This document shows, one piece after another, positions 12,563 through 26,184 of a DNA stretch of 64,000 bases. The notes under the pieces were generated by a model. That model was not told where the DNA came from. It was given only the letters and a program-made list of their open reading frames with translations, and searched no databases. Made by a program: the position numbers and the translations under genes. The stretch lies in contig OZ024743.1 of assembly GCA_964016885.1 (NCBI GenBank), positions 13,206,001 through 13,270,000 on the forward strand, read 5' to 3'. The number at the start of each line of letters is the position of its first letter. Position 1 is the first letter of the stretch. Source of the stretch: Eledone cirrhosa (Eukaryota).

Positions 12563-15500
12563 GGGAGGTTGAATATATATATATATGTATGTATGAATAT
12601 ATATATATATGTATGTATATATATATGTATATATATATGTATGTATATATGTATATATATATATTATCTTATGTTCATACACGGAAAAAATATATATGTG
12701 GTTGCTTGTAGCGAATTCTCATATGTTGAAATACTAACAATAAACCATCAAACATGATATTCTATTACGCACTTTCCATGACTAAAATACTCAACCAGAT
12801 TCTGCACGAATTGCTCTCCACGTGGTAGCGTAGGAACATTTTATAATCTACCTCACATTCTAAAAGCAGCTTTTTTTTTCTTTTTTCATTTTTGTAGTTA
12901 TGTTGTCGATTAAACCCTCGTCGACCAGCGTGCTACTCTCGCGTTTCCCACATATCATTTGGTAAAAAATTCTTATTCCATAACATTCGCTCTGACAAAC
13001 ATATTTTGTTTATAATGTACATAGTATTCTTTCTATAAGAACTAAATTTTGACAGTTCTTCGTAATGAATTTTTTCATATTCAGATATTTTGCTATATAT
13101 ATATTCAAGAAAATCCTGGATATATCTTTTTCAGTATTTATTCATAGTTTGTTATACACTAACATTCTGCTACTGAGCACATTATATTTTAACATGTTGA
13201 AATGTCTTTTTTTCATAAGCACATATATGTTCTTTTTCGAAGGTGTGATGTTTTGTATTCTTGTTTTGTGTAGGGAATTTACTTGCAACATCTACTAACG
13301 AAGAGCACATGGATAACAACAGATTTGACTAATATTCAGATAAAAATATCTACATGATGCTGTTCAGCAACCCTGATAGAATGTTGTTTTGTGTGAAATA
13401 TAAAAGTAACAGAATTAAAAACATATTTGGATTCAATCCTTATATGAGAGTCACGGAAATAGTAATCCTAAACATGCACATATGCACTCTCACGTATACA
13501 TAGGCACGTATATATATGTTTGTGTGTGATCATGCGTATGTACTAGCAGATAAAAGTAAAAGGATAAAAGCAAAGTCAGTGTCATTTTTTAAATCATATT
13601 CGTTCTTTCAGACTTTCAATTTCTTTTATACATCGCTATATAGTTCCCAGTCACTTCACCTTCATCATCTCCTATTTTATTTCATTCCCCATCTCTTCTC
13701 TTTTGCCGTTTTAGACGCAAACCACTTAATTACTTTCATCTTCAACCTCAAAAGGAAATAATTTAGGAAGGGTTGCTTCCATGTAAAATATACATCCACA
13801 GCCAGGATCACAAAGGTTTCTTCACCTAAACTGAGGGAGATGATGGAGTTGATAAACTATGTGTGATATATTTGTTTAAATTTATACAATAAAATGACAA
13901 AAAGGTAGATTGTAATGAGTTGATGTGGTTACCAAATACGATTTTGTCCAGTCAAATTAATCCCATCATATCAGTAGAGCATTTGGGCCGAAGAACAAAC
14001 AAAATCGTTTCTAAAGTTTTGTTTAGTCAAGGTGACCCAGGCACGTATGATGACTATCCTGCTTACAGGAAAAGAGCATTAGAAAATGAATAATTGCTTA
14101 CTATTTAACCGTTGTCAAGCCATTTAGTACACACCTCAACTTTGAGGCCTGCAACTTAGTAAACTCCATGAAATATGTCAATAATGGGTTTGACGTTGCA
14201 ATTCTTCTCTAGCGTCAGCCGCAGCGAAGATATTTAATTACAGCAGAGATAATTCACTAACAGCAATACTTTTGCCTTCCCTAAGCATGAGAGATATGTA
14301 CAATTCAATATAAACATTGTATGCAAGTGTGAACTTTTAAAACGCTGGGAGACTATGAGTTTCATAGAAAATGTAGGAAAATTTAGATACAGAAAATAAC
14401 TGTATATACAGTTACTTGCTATAAATAATTCAGAAAATCGAGTAAGGAACCCTCATAGACGGAAAATGGTGACCGGTGGTAGTTATAACATACAGATACC
14501 GGCTGCTTGCTCTAAACATTGAGCTAAATGGCTACTGGCAACAATCAGCCTTTACATCAGAAACTAAATCAAACAGCTTTTAAACGTAATGTTGGACTTT
14601 CGAAGCGCTGAAAGAATATGAATTTAAGAGAAAATGTAGAAAATTTAAAGTTATCTTTGCCGAGGTGTCAGTAAGTCTGTGAATCTACTCTCTACTAAAA
14701 TACACTAATCGGACTGCGCCTCATACATATTTTTACAATCAAATTCTAGCGTCTGGCTTTCCCGTAGTAGAACTGACAAGGAAAAGGGTAAAGCTCATCT
14801 TTCTTAGACTTGTCACCAGATAATAATTACTGAGCATTTGAGAGTACTACTCTTACTGTACAATTATTTATCCCTATAATCCATGGTGTACAGATATCTC
14901 TTTTCATCTCTCATTCTATCTCTCCAGCAATTGCAGGATGGGGTTCTGAATTGGGCCAATGGTAACTAAAGGGTTATAAAAATATCAAATATTGTTTTTC
15001 AGTGCAGAAGTAAATGATAAAGTAGAAAATCAAACTTTCCAGTTGTTGTCTTCCTGTTTCTTCTACAACAACTACAACGGTACGCGATGGGGCCCACCCA
15101 CAGCCCCGGCGGACAATGCCTACTTGCACTAATGAAATACCACCACTTTCTAAATTTCCTCATCATGGGAAATATCTAGGAGCGATCACGGTTCCACAAT
15201 CCCTTTTGCTGATAGGTTATATGCTGGAGTGCTGTCAATGCAGTGCCTGTGAATAGAATCTTGGTCTTATCATTTGTTTCTGGATTGAAAATTTACTTCC
15301 ATGCATACGGTGTAGATATTAAAGAATGATTGAGGTAATACATGACAGCCACAGCATAAAGACTTTTCACGCACACCCACAAACAGACAGAAACACACAC
15401 ATATCCATCTATCTTAACATATATATATTTATATATATTCATATATAGTCATAGATAGATGTATATGTATATATAAAAAAAAAGAATCGATCGACTTTCG

Positions 15501-15563
15501 TCAAATCGGACAGAGGAAACAATGTTTTCGTCGGTCTTTCCAGTTGCTAATACTATCTATCGG

Positions 15564-15671
15564 TCGCAACCCCAGGTAGAAGGAGCAACGTGAAATAAAG
15601 TGTCTTGTTCAAGGACATAACGCATCGCCCGGTCCAGGAATCGAACTCACAAGCTCAAGATTGTGAATCCA
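15564..15671 (-). mobile_element. tRNA-derived SINE, family S2 (5'-clipped)
   Basis: Reverse complement of 16597-16705; B-box gagttcgattcc. Confidence 0.8.
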
Positions 15672-15694
15672 ATATAGTTTCTATTTGTTAATAT

Positions 15695-15725
<31 letters not shown>

Positions 15726-15730
<5 letters not shown>

Positions 15731-16160
15731 ATATTAACAAATGAAAACTATATTTATAAAACCATATTTATTTCATTATACATATTTCAAGAGCCACCAA
15801 CGGTTTAATTTAAATACACTGTTATTTAAACCTTTCCGACACTAATTTGCATACTAAATAAACAATAAATCTAATATCTCCACTATCCAGGAAGCTCCAA
15901 CCGGTAAGGTTGCATTTTTTCAGGGTATGTCAATATTTATTTATAAAACTAATCTGTATTATATTTTATCTGATGAAAGCGCACCATAATCTACCTTGGT
16001 GGCCCTTGAAATATGTATAATGAAATAAATATGGTTTTATAAATATAGTTTCCATTTGTTAATAAATTGTATATTTAATCCAATAATATATTGAGTGCTT
16101 TATATTAGTTATAAAAATATTTTAGCTTATTGTATCCCAACAAATTAAATATAACCTCTA
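15726..16160 (+). mobile_element. PLE family D 3' end with inverted 5' copy (15726-15799 mirrors 15997-16070)
   Basis: Inverted repeat, internal HHR, TA flanks; homologous to 31520-31792. Confidence 0.8.
15962..16027 (+). ncRNA. Minimal hammerhead ribozyme
   Basis: UAUUUUAU-CUGAUGA-AAGCGCACCA..UGGUGGCCCUU-GAAA-UAUGUA-UA-AUGAAAUA. Confidence 0.8.
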
Positions 16161-16189
16161 CATATATATATATATATATATATATAGTA

Positions 16190-16382
16190 ATAATTGTTTC
16201 TACTTTAGGCACAAGGCCAGCAAATTACCCAGTGCATTACTGGTACTTTATTTTATCGACCCCGTAAGGATGAAAGGCAAAGTCAACCTCGGCGGGATTT
16301 GAACTCAGATCGCAAAGGGACGTAACTATGCTGGAAAGCATGGCGTCCGACCCTCTACCGATACTGCCAATCCACCGCCCTT
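16190..16382 (-). mobile_element. SINE family S1
   Basis: Reverse complement of 8028-8212. Confidence 0.85.
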
Positions 16383-16447
16383 ATATATATATATAGTAAT
16401 AATAATAATAAATTTGAAGACTAAAACTTTAATCTGTTATTTTAATA

Positions 16448-16736
<289 letters not shown>

Positions 16737-17959
16737 ATGTATATATATATATATATATGGTTATTGAATCTGCGACTCAGATTTGATACTTAATTGTATC
16801 CTAATTAGCTGACACCACTACCTAAATATCTTTGGATATGAAATCAACGCTATAATTTAATAAATAAAAGTCATACTTTTCCTTCCAAAAATACAAAAAT
16901 AATAAAAATAATATAGTGAAAAAAATTAAAATCTCAGGATACTTGCCTATTATATTTTACCTTTGCTACACTGTCAACTTGCCAAAACTTGTGTTTGTTA
17001 TTTTGAAATAAGATACTGATAAAGTAATTACATCTTGAGATATATTTAAGGTTGACACAAAGCCTAGAGCATATTTGGTGGTAGTGATGATAGTAGGGTA
17101 ATATATTACTTTATCCTAACTACAATAACATAGTAACATTTGAAGTGTAGATTAACTGACTGTGTGGAGCATTAGTTGAAGAGTTCATATCAATTTGTAA
17201 AACAAATGACTTAGGGCAATGACAATCATTAGTTATTTTTGATCTCTGAATATTCTTAGCAGCAGCGTGAACATAGGAACATACATATAGATATAAATAT
17301 CATATGTATGTATGCATTTATGTACATTTACATACATATTGACGAATGATTATGCATGTATGTATATTCTCGTGTGTTTTGTGTATGTCGCTAACATACT
17401 GAAATGTATATAAATATTTTCACATATATACATATGTGTATAAAAGAAGCCTGATTATATGAATGTGGGAATATCTAACTATAAATATAGTGGAGTCGAA
17501 CACGGAGTTTTGAGAGTTGGTTAGAGGTTGCATTACTTTCTTAAACATCACCGTTTCACGTTCTGTTACTGTAATTGCTTTATCACTTCTTACAAGGCTC
17601 TTAACTCAGTTTAAGGTTTTAGTACTGAGTAGGAGTTATCAATGTTAGGTGTCATGAATAGTTTCCATAAGGCTAACTTACCCATGATACACTATATTTA
17701 CTAGAAGCCACTCGTGTGTATCTCATAATAAAATCGCTACTGTCTCGAGACAGCGATATCTTACGTTCTACTACCTGAATATCCCAAAGACACCTAAAAC
17801 TCGATATGCTCCAGTAATTTCAAATATGTGACACGTAAAGAAGCTCAATACCAGGATATCTTTCGAATGTATCTTTTCGTCATTTTAACACAAAAAGCTA
17901 TTTTTTTTTTTATCTAATGTGAAATACATTATTAATACCTTATAATAGATACGGACGTT

Positions 17960-18330
17960 AGGGTGCCGCTTTAACAGACGAGTCTTGAATTGAACACATT
18001 ATATCACTTAGTATACTCTGTCTACTTTTGAGTTAGTCCAAATCCCTGAAACATTCGGAAGATCCTTATAAAGGTCTTGGTTTATTGTGCGTTATGCCAT
18101 GCTGTATTTCTTGACAAAAGCGACATAGGTGTGTAGCATCCCTCCAGTTGTTTCTTCACTGCATCCGTTATTGTCCAGGTTTCTGGTCCGTATAACTACT
18201 GTTGCAGTGAAAAGTCTTACTTTGATGTTCCGTGATAGCTTTGTGATTATATTTTTATTCATCTTGTTACAAACACTCCTTGTTAGTGCTTTCCTGACCT
18301 CTGCGAACTCTTTTGAAATCTTTTATCCTT
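17960..18330 (-). mobile_element. Decayed RTE LINE, C-terminal fragment
   Basis: Minus strand gives LSRNIKVRLFTATV, YGPETWTIT and GCYT. Confidence 0.6.
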
Positions 18331-19399
18331 ACAGGTTTTTAAAGTTGTTTATTAACTTGAAAACAACCGCGATAACTACTGTCGTTTGTTGATTAATAAC
18401 TTATATTTCGATTTTTTTTGTCATTACTTTTCATCCCTACCGGCTTTGCAACATTCTCAAATTTCAAAAGCCTTTCTTGGGTCTGATGCATTTCGTTTGT
18501 AAATTTTACCAGTTTATAACATAATATACCTTTAAATATAAGATTTCTGAAGAAACAGACGGTATGATCATGGCTAAAAGACTTTGACTGTAGTTCTGCC
18601 CATTGCCAGCTAAGTTAGTGCTGAATAACAGCGAAATGTTGCTCTTTGCCACATACTGTTGTTAAAGCAATTAGCTATACGTATTTCCATCGACAACGAC
18701 ATTACAAGACACGTAGGTATAACAATTTTTAATGTTTACTAATTTATAAATACCAAGTATCATATTTAAATCATAATACCTTATTTAATTTACTCTACAC
18801 GTTAAGACAGTTGGTATTTTCCAGTTGCATCACTAATACATTCATTATAAATGCGTTACCTTTACAATTTCCTTTATTATGTAAAGGCTCGCATGCTTTG
18901 ATAAAATAAACGGATATGCATTCTATATCATGAGGCAGTTACATGGGCAGATATTGTTGGGAGCCAGCTATAGGCTTCATTGCATTTAATTTCGGGGTCT
19001 TAAATTTCCGCGATTTGATTCCGACTGTCATGATATGAAATGTGTTTAGAACTCGTTTAAGACGATTAACTTTACTTCTCATTGTACCGAGCGGAAAGGA
19101 GGTAATGCGATCTGTTTGGATGAGTCGAGACGCTACCCCAGAAGTTCTAAAACTTTTGGGGCCACCGCCCCTCACGTCTACGTAATACCCTCAGCTCCTC
19201 CAACCCTATGTCCAGAGAGACCTGTCTACACGGAAATTGTAAATAATATATAATAAATAAAATCGTTAATTTATATATAATAAATGATATAATATATACT
19301 ATGTATAAATAAATATATATATTTTTTATTTTCTATATTCATATATATTATGTATCATTTAATATCTAAAATGGTATTGTATCATCTCTACCCCCCCCC

Positions 19400-19472
19400 C
19401 TCCACAGCGCCCACTAGACCTTCTGAACGCCCGCAGGGGGGCAAGTAGCGCCCACCTTGAGAATTTCTGCTC
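19400..19472 (-). mobile_element. Possible hAT-type transposon end
   Basis: CAGAAATTCTCAAGGTGGGCGCTACTTGCCCCC resembles CAGxGGTTCTCAA hAT termini; partner end not found. Confidence 0.35.
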
Positions 19473-20559
19473 TATGGCATAAGACTTTTCTTTATTTTAT
19501 ACTCATATTTTAATTCATCATTGCAAACCAACAAGCCACTCACCAGCCCTACACCATTTCAGCTGGATACAATGTTGAAATTAGATCATATGTCGGTACT
19601 TAATAGGAACTAGGCCACAAGACAGCGCACAGTATGTCGTTAACCAAGCACCTATCACTCAATTAGTTTCCCGCCATCCTAACATCTCACCCATTCGCCA
19701 CATTCTTTTATAAATTAACGCCTAGTAATATATTTGAGTCAATATATTCGATCATATATCAGCAAATTACGTTTTACCGAGGCTATTAACGAATGTCTCT
19801 TCGTTCTTTAACAGGTACAGCCACGGCAAGTGATTTAAGGGCGTGGGATGACCATGTGAGAAAACAAAATCTGCGAGAATTGTCTTCAATCGAAAACAAA
19901 AATTGCAATGCAGATTCGGCTTCCGGAAAGCTTAAATGTTCCACCATCGAGATACTCGGACAATAATCTGTCAATATTTAGCACCTACGAGGAAGATTCT
20001 CTTTATTGAGATCAGGAAACCTCAAATGGAAATATTTTATGATGCAATCAAGAGCAATTGTAGCACTTGGGTCCCCTGAATCTCTTTTTGTAAGGCAAGC
20101 GTAATTGTAAGATTATATAAAATTAAACTGTTTTTACCAAGAATGTTAATTTCGACAACCTCGATTCATTTTCACTTTCCACCGCAAACTCTTTGTCTTG
20201 ATACATTTTTAATGATTTGCTTCATGTAATAATATATATTGTACTTCACGCTACATACGGTAAACCTCCTAATTTATGATGAGCAATATATCATAAGTAG
20301 CTACTAGAAAAGTTACTCGTGTTTGCTATAAATCATAAAGTCTTATAATCTGTCACTTAGACACGTAATCGGCAAGTATGTATGGTGTTGGATTGAAATC
20401 GTATAAGTCTGGGGTTCAAAACCTCTGAGATATTCGATTATTATGTTGGAAAATATTTTTAATCCGCCAATCACCAGTTGCTCCACCTATCACAAATAAT
20501 TTTCATCTCACTATTTCTGTCATTTGTTTAATGATATGAAACTTATTAAACTGCAGCTA

Positions 20560-21300
20560 ATTACTACCACAGCATTGATGAAATATTAACATGTTGACAT
20601 ATTAGCGGTCATATATATGTGATATTGGTGATAAGAGTTCTATATGGTTAAGATTGGTGGGCATGGTTCTATTGAACTAACATGGGTGGTTAAGATGCGA
20701 TATATCTATTGTTTGTAGTATATCGACTGTATGGATAATGGTGGTGGTGATAATGATATTTGTTTAGTATTGGTGTGTATGTTGAAACAAGTTTATATTA
20801 GTGGTAAATGATGTTGTAGGTCCATTATTGGTTGTGATATTAATATAAACGTAATATAGGTAGTGATATTTATATACGTTTAATATTGGTTGGGATGATA
20901 TAGATATAGATGTAACATATGTGGTAATAAGTTTAATATATAATGTAACATAGGTGGTAATAAGTTTAATCTTGGATGTGGTTTTGTTGTGTGTAATATT
21001 GATAGCGATGTCGATATAGATGTAATATTGATGGTGATGTTGATGTAGATGTAATAGTGGTGGTAATGATGTTATAGACGTAACAAGTTGATCTAATTTA
21101 ATATTGGTTGGGCTAATGTTGATACAGATTTAGTATTGGTGGTGATGTTGATATAAGTTTAATCTTGGTTGTGATTTTACTGTGGTTTTAATATTGATGG
21201 TGATGTTGATATAGATGTAATGTTGGTGGTAATATTGATATAGATGTAATATAGGTAATGAAGTATACCTATTTTAAAATTGGTAGGGATGATGATGCTG
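20560..21300. repeat. Degenerate ~30-bp G/T/A-rich minisatellite
   Basis: Recurring gtaatattg(a/g)tggtgatgttgatatagat. Confidence 0.7.
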
Positions 21301-22378
21301 ATAGAATACAAGAAGGAATTGACAACAATAGAAGTGATAAAAGTGATGACTTAGAAAATAAGTGAGTCTCACCTATCTTATATTCTAAAATATATATGTT
21401 ATGAACTGAAATCTTACAGTCCTCTATTCTATAAAATGGTAGATCAATACATTATATAACGTTCTTTATTTAATCTTATTAATCTACGACCTGAATTAAA
21501 GCCTTGCGGGAGTTCGATTTCGATTTTCAAAAATAAGTTTATAAGTTGTTTCAATCGACTATCTTTAGTATTTTACAAAAATGAAAAACAATAAAAAAAA
21601 AAGTAGACGGAAAAGTCAGCATTGTATCTAATACAAAAAAATAAAAATAAAATAAAAGCTCGATATTGTCGAATCCTATCAAATCAAGTAAATTGAAGAG
21701 ACAATAGTAAAGTAAAATATTGTGAAGGGACAAAAAATATATCTTATTCCATATTATCGTTTGGCCAAATAGTGTAGGTATTATTTAAAGTATTTAGTTG
21801 ATCTAATTATTTTAATATGATTTGTCCTGAACAGACCACTGAATAAACATAGTATTCAATACAATATAATTATTTACTTAGCTTCGACTCCGGAGTTTAT
21901 TTTATGAGAAGATCATATTCGTTGTTGTTACTTTCAAATCATTATGAACAATGTTAATAGCATGAAACGATATAGAACGGTTTTCAACGGCAATTGGAGC
22001 GGGGGTTGGGGATTTGGTTTATTAGTATAAATAGAATATCATCAAATTAAGAAGTTATATACATGTCATACTACAGTGGGTTTCCCACCTACTTGAGTTT
22101 GATTGGCGTGCTATGCGTTGTGGTGCCGTGTTAGCCAAATTGCAGAGTGACACACTTTGATACAGATGCCACATCCAAAATTAAGGTGTAGAGGTTACAC
22201 AAATGTGTTATTATCATGAGTATGACGTTTACTATGGTTTAGTAGCCAACCAAGCCTTTGACATAAATACACATCCGCATACCTCACAGGTAAGAGTTTC
22301 TTTCAAGCCCCTTCCTGAGATAGGACCAACATCCCCGATACATTTAGCTGCTAGCATATAACGATATGTGCTTTTACA

Positions 22379-22474
22379 ATTCTCCAGAAAGGCCGGTAGA
22401 TAGGTAAATATTGCTGATGAGTTGTAACAACAACGAAACTAGTTCAATATTCCTTGTCTGGCTTTCTGGAGAAT
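22379..22474 (+). ncRNA. Type I hammerhead ribozyme, canonical core, long bulged helix I; predicted cut after 22444
   Basis: AAUAUUG-CUGAUGA-GUUGU AACA ACAAC-GAAA-CUAG-UU-CAAUAUU; outer helix AUUCUCCAGAAA/UUUCUGGAGAAU. Confidence 0.92.
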
Positions 22475-22844
22475 AGAGGGAAGGTGTTTCCTCGAAAACC
22501 AGTATGACTCTAAAAACCGGTTTGTCTGTGTGTTTACATACAGAATAGCTGGACACTCACAGTAAAGTGACCAGTGAAAAACTCGGTACATCTACATATG
22601 TATACGTGTGTGTATTCATATGCATACTAGTATTTCAGTATACATATGTGGATGTACATTTTTAACTTAATTGTTTAAGCGTCAGTCATACAAAAGTGAG
22701 TTACAAACGAAACGAAATTTAATTTCGTTTCGTTATTTGTTTTTATCGTCTCCGTTGAACCGGTACGTACTCACGCTCTATACAAATTAGTCTGCCCACT
22801 ACTAATTTTCATAGAAAAAGCATATAACGATATGTGCTTTTACG

Positions 22845-22940
22845 ATTCTCTAGAAAGGCCGGAAGATAGGTAAATATTGCTGATCAGATGTAACAACATC
22901 GAAACTAGTTCAATATTCCTTGTCTGGCTTTCTGGAGAAT
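22845..22940 (+). ncRNA. Second-unit hammerhead (core CUGAUCA, G8C) with covarying helix II
   Basis: AAUAUUG-CUGAUCA-GAUGU AACA ACAUC-GAAA-CUAG-UU-CAAUAUU. Confidence 0.85.
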
Positions 22941-23205
22941 AGAGGAAAGGTGTTTCCTCAAAAACCAGTATGACTCTAAAAACCGGTTTGTCTGTGTGTT
23001 TACATACAGAATAGCTGGACACTCACAGTAAAGTGACCAGTGAAAAACTCGGTACATCTACATATGTATACGTGTGTGTATTCATATGCATACTAGTATT
23101 TCAGTATACATATGTGGATGTACATTTTTAACTTAATTGTTTAAGCGTCAGTCATACAAAAGTGAGTTACAAACGAAACGAAATTTAATTTTGTTTCGTT
23201 ATTTG

Positions 23206-23270
<65 letters not shown>

Positions 23271-23300
23271 CATATATATATATATATATATATACAATAC

Positions 23301-23451
<151 letters not shown>

Positions 23452-23636
23452 TATATATATATACATATATATGTATGTTTCATGGGAAAATCTTGCAACA
23501 GACAGAGACCAGTAGTGAAACCTTATAGCTGCCAGTATTAAGGAATTATATATATATATATATAAAGAAAAAGAGATGAAATCGAAAATGCAACTGAAGT
23601 CTTATTTTTTTTTAAAATATATATATTTATTTGGTT

Positions 23637-23674
23637 CCTTTACCGGTTTCGCAGTTCTTCTGCTTTTCAAAAGG
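23637..23674 (-). ncRNA. Minimal hammerhead, U3-A8 core variant
   Basis: CCUU-UUGAAAA-GCAG AAGAA CUGC-GAAA-CCGG-UA-AAGG. Confidence 0.75.
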
Positions 23675-23700
23675 TGAGTTGAGATGGAGGGTCTGTGGTT

Positions 23701-23917
<217 letters not shown>

Positions 23918-24079
23918 GGAGGTGAGTTTTAATGTAGTACAATAAAGCAATGCAGATATCGGATAAAAAGCACTCTACAGTTTGTAGGACTGGAGTATAT
24001 ATCATATATAAGAACAAAATATGTTGATTTAAAACTGCACTATCCACAAGTGTTTTTTAACCTTCATATCATGTCTTCC

Positions 24080-24150
24080 TGTTTTATCTGATGAAAACAC
24101 AAATATTATTGCATGATGATATTTGTTTTTGAAATGCGCATAATAAAATA
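24080..24150 (+). ncRNA. Minimal hammerhead ribozyme
   Basis: UGUUUUAU-CUGAUGA-long helix II (ACAAAUAUUAU/AUGAUAUUUGU)-GAAA-UGCGCA-UA-AUAAAAUA; helix III loop is palindromic. Confidence 0.8.
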
Positions 24151-24182
24151 CATGGAACTCTTTTAACCATCTTTTGTTCTTA

Positions 24183-24244
<62 letters not shown>

Positions 24245-24247
<3 letters not shown>

Positions 24248-24752
24248 TAATAATAAATTTGAAGACTAAAATCCAAAGAGGGCTCGATAAGGATAAATAT
24301 ATACCAGATATATAAGAACCGTAGAGCAAATATTTATTAAAATAACAGATTAAAGTTTAAGCAAAGAACCGCTGCTTTCACCCTTAACGGGATCTCATTG
24401 TTCTCATTGCTCCACATATCTTCGTTTTTTCCGTTCATTGCCAGAGAACGTCTCCATGAACCACCTAATAGAATATTAGTCTACGACTTCATTTATACCA
24501 TAAACGTGGTTTTGTCTTCGCGTGTAATTGTTTTCTCTGCACCAAATAATGACGTATTATCTTCGGTTTTTTCCGTTCTTTGCCAGGGAACGTTTCCACG
24601 AACCAAAGTATCGTCTTCCTGTCTTCCTTCGGTTGCAACGTTTTTTGAAATATTTACTTCTGCGTTCACAGATTGACTTTTTAGTTTCAGAAGATCCCGT
24701 TAAGGGTGAAAGCAGCGATTCTTTGCTTAAACTTTAATCTGTTATTTTAATT
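24245..24752. mobile_element. PLE-end-like family C with inverted repeat (24336-24414 / 24693-24751)
   Basis: Inverted copy of gatcccgttaagggtgaaagcagc...ctgttatttt; TA flank; fragments also at 9375 and 16400. Confidence 0.7.
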
Positions 24753-24790
24753 GAAAAGATGGCTTTTGCAGACCCATCGAAACCGGTCAT
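24751..24790 (+). ncRNA. Hammerhead U3-A8 variant lacking the 5' strand of helix I
   Basis: UUGAAAA-GAUGG..CCAUC-GAAA-CCGG-UC; sits at the junction with the upstream element. Confidence 0.6.
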
Positions 24791-24931
24791 TTTTTATACC
24801 CTTTATTATTTCCTTACCTTATAAAATTATATGTTTTTTCACAAAAAAGTATTCTGTCTCTTATATATTCCATGTGCCATTACCAACCTCAATTTTCTCT
24901 ATAACCTTCGTTTTGTTTAGAAAATTACACT

Positions 24932-24978
<47 letters not shown>

Positions 24979-25998
24979 TGGGTGTGTGTCTGAGTCTGCT
25001 TTACATATGCCAAGAATTAAATCCATACTTGAGACTGTGTATGCAGGTCGTAAGCTCTAGCTAGCTACCTGCCTTACTTTGTCCCTGTCATTTTCTCACG
25101 TTGGTACGATTAAAACAATAAACATAATAAAAATGTTTATAAATGTAATAGATTTCATATAGTCATGTAGATTTGACATTCACTGTATCAATTTTATGTT
25201 TAGAAATCTTTATTTATTTATTTGATGTTTGTCTCTATTTATTTCTTGTTTGGTTTCATTTATATGATCTCTGGCTCTATTTATTTTACCTGTGTACAAA
25301 GCAAATAAACTAAATAAGCTTTACAATTATTCATACATAGAAATGAACCTTTAAGCATTTGTTATTTTTATATTTGGGTTAGTGTTCTCAATGGAGATAA
25401 AAACAAATATGTTTTTTCAAAATCTCTATGTGATCATTTCATGGAAGAATGAAACATCAGTCTAACACATCATCCAACAAATAAATATGACAGTTAACTA
25501 AATTTCTTTCCCATTTAGTAAACTGGGTTTATCTTGATTAGGATGACGCGCTGAAAACTATACAGAATAGAAGGATGTATTTACATTAAATAGAGTTGTA
25601 CAATCTCTATCATTTTTACACATACCAACAGGACAGAGAAAAAAGCATATAGAAAAATATATTCAGAATACTAACACATTATTAACATTATTTTTTTCTC
25701 GCGTACTTTCTAACAGATACTTAAAAAATCATTTTGACACGCTTTGTACATAATTTATGAAATTTGAGCGGTTTTGTGAATGTTGTTTTATTGCTTTCAG
25801 ACACTGTTCTGCTCTGTTTATTTATATATAAAATCAGATTACGGCAATGTTGATTAGTCCCATTACGCATTTGGTGACTGGGGACATTCTCAGCCAACTA
25901 ATGCTTTATGAGAAAAATGAGTGCATGAGAAAAAAGATGAGCAATTCTACATCTCTGCGTAGAATTTACAATCTGGACTCCAATCAATTGAACCATTC

Positions 25999-26126
25999 GT
26001 TACCGAACAATGGTATACAGTCAGATAGGAGTTACCGAACAATGGTATACAGTCAGATAGGAGTTACCGAACAATGGTATACAGTCAGATAGGAGTTACC
26101 GAACAATGGTATACAGTCAGATAGGA
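25999..26126. repeat. Four perfect 32-bp tandem repeats
   Basis: gttaccgaacaatggtatacagtcagatagga x4, with no spacers. Confidence 0.97.
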
Positions 26127-26184
26127 GTGCTAATTTTAGTAAATTTTTCTGGTTATGGAAAAATTGAAAATATATGGCAAGGTC

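Larger units (their letters stand above)
22353..23212 (+). mobile_element. Retrozyme-like tandem repeat (466-nt period, ~1.85 units), one HHR per unit
   Basis: Direct repeat at 22353 and 22819; hairpin-rich; no credible protein-coding ORF; 3' end merges into (TA)n. Confidence 0.88.

Noticed and set aside
20560-21300. Mucin-like coding exon on the minus strand
   Set aside because: No ORF of 60 aa or more in the track; it is a degenerate minisatellite.
22374-23022. Duplicated 60-aa minus-strand ORFs as a gene pair
   Set aside because: They are antisense to the hammerhead repeat units and show no recognisable protein motif.
25999-26126. 32-bp repeats as a CRISPR array
   Set aside because: Units are contiguous with no spacers, there are no cas genes, and the context is eukaryotic.
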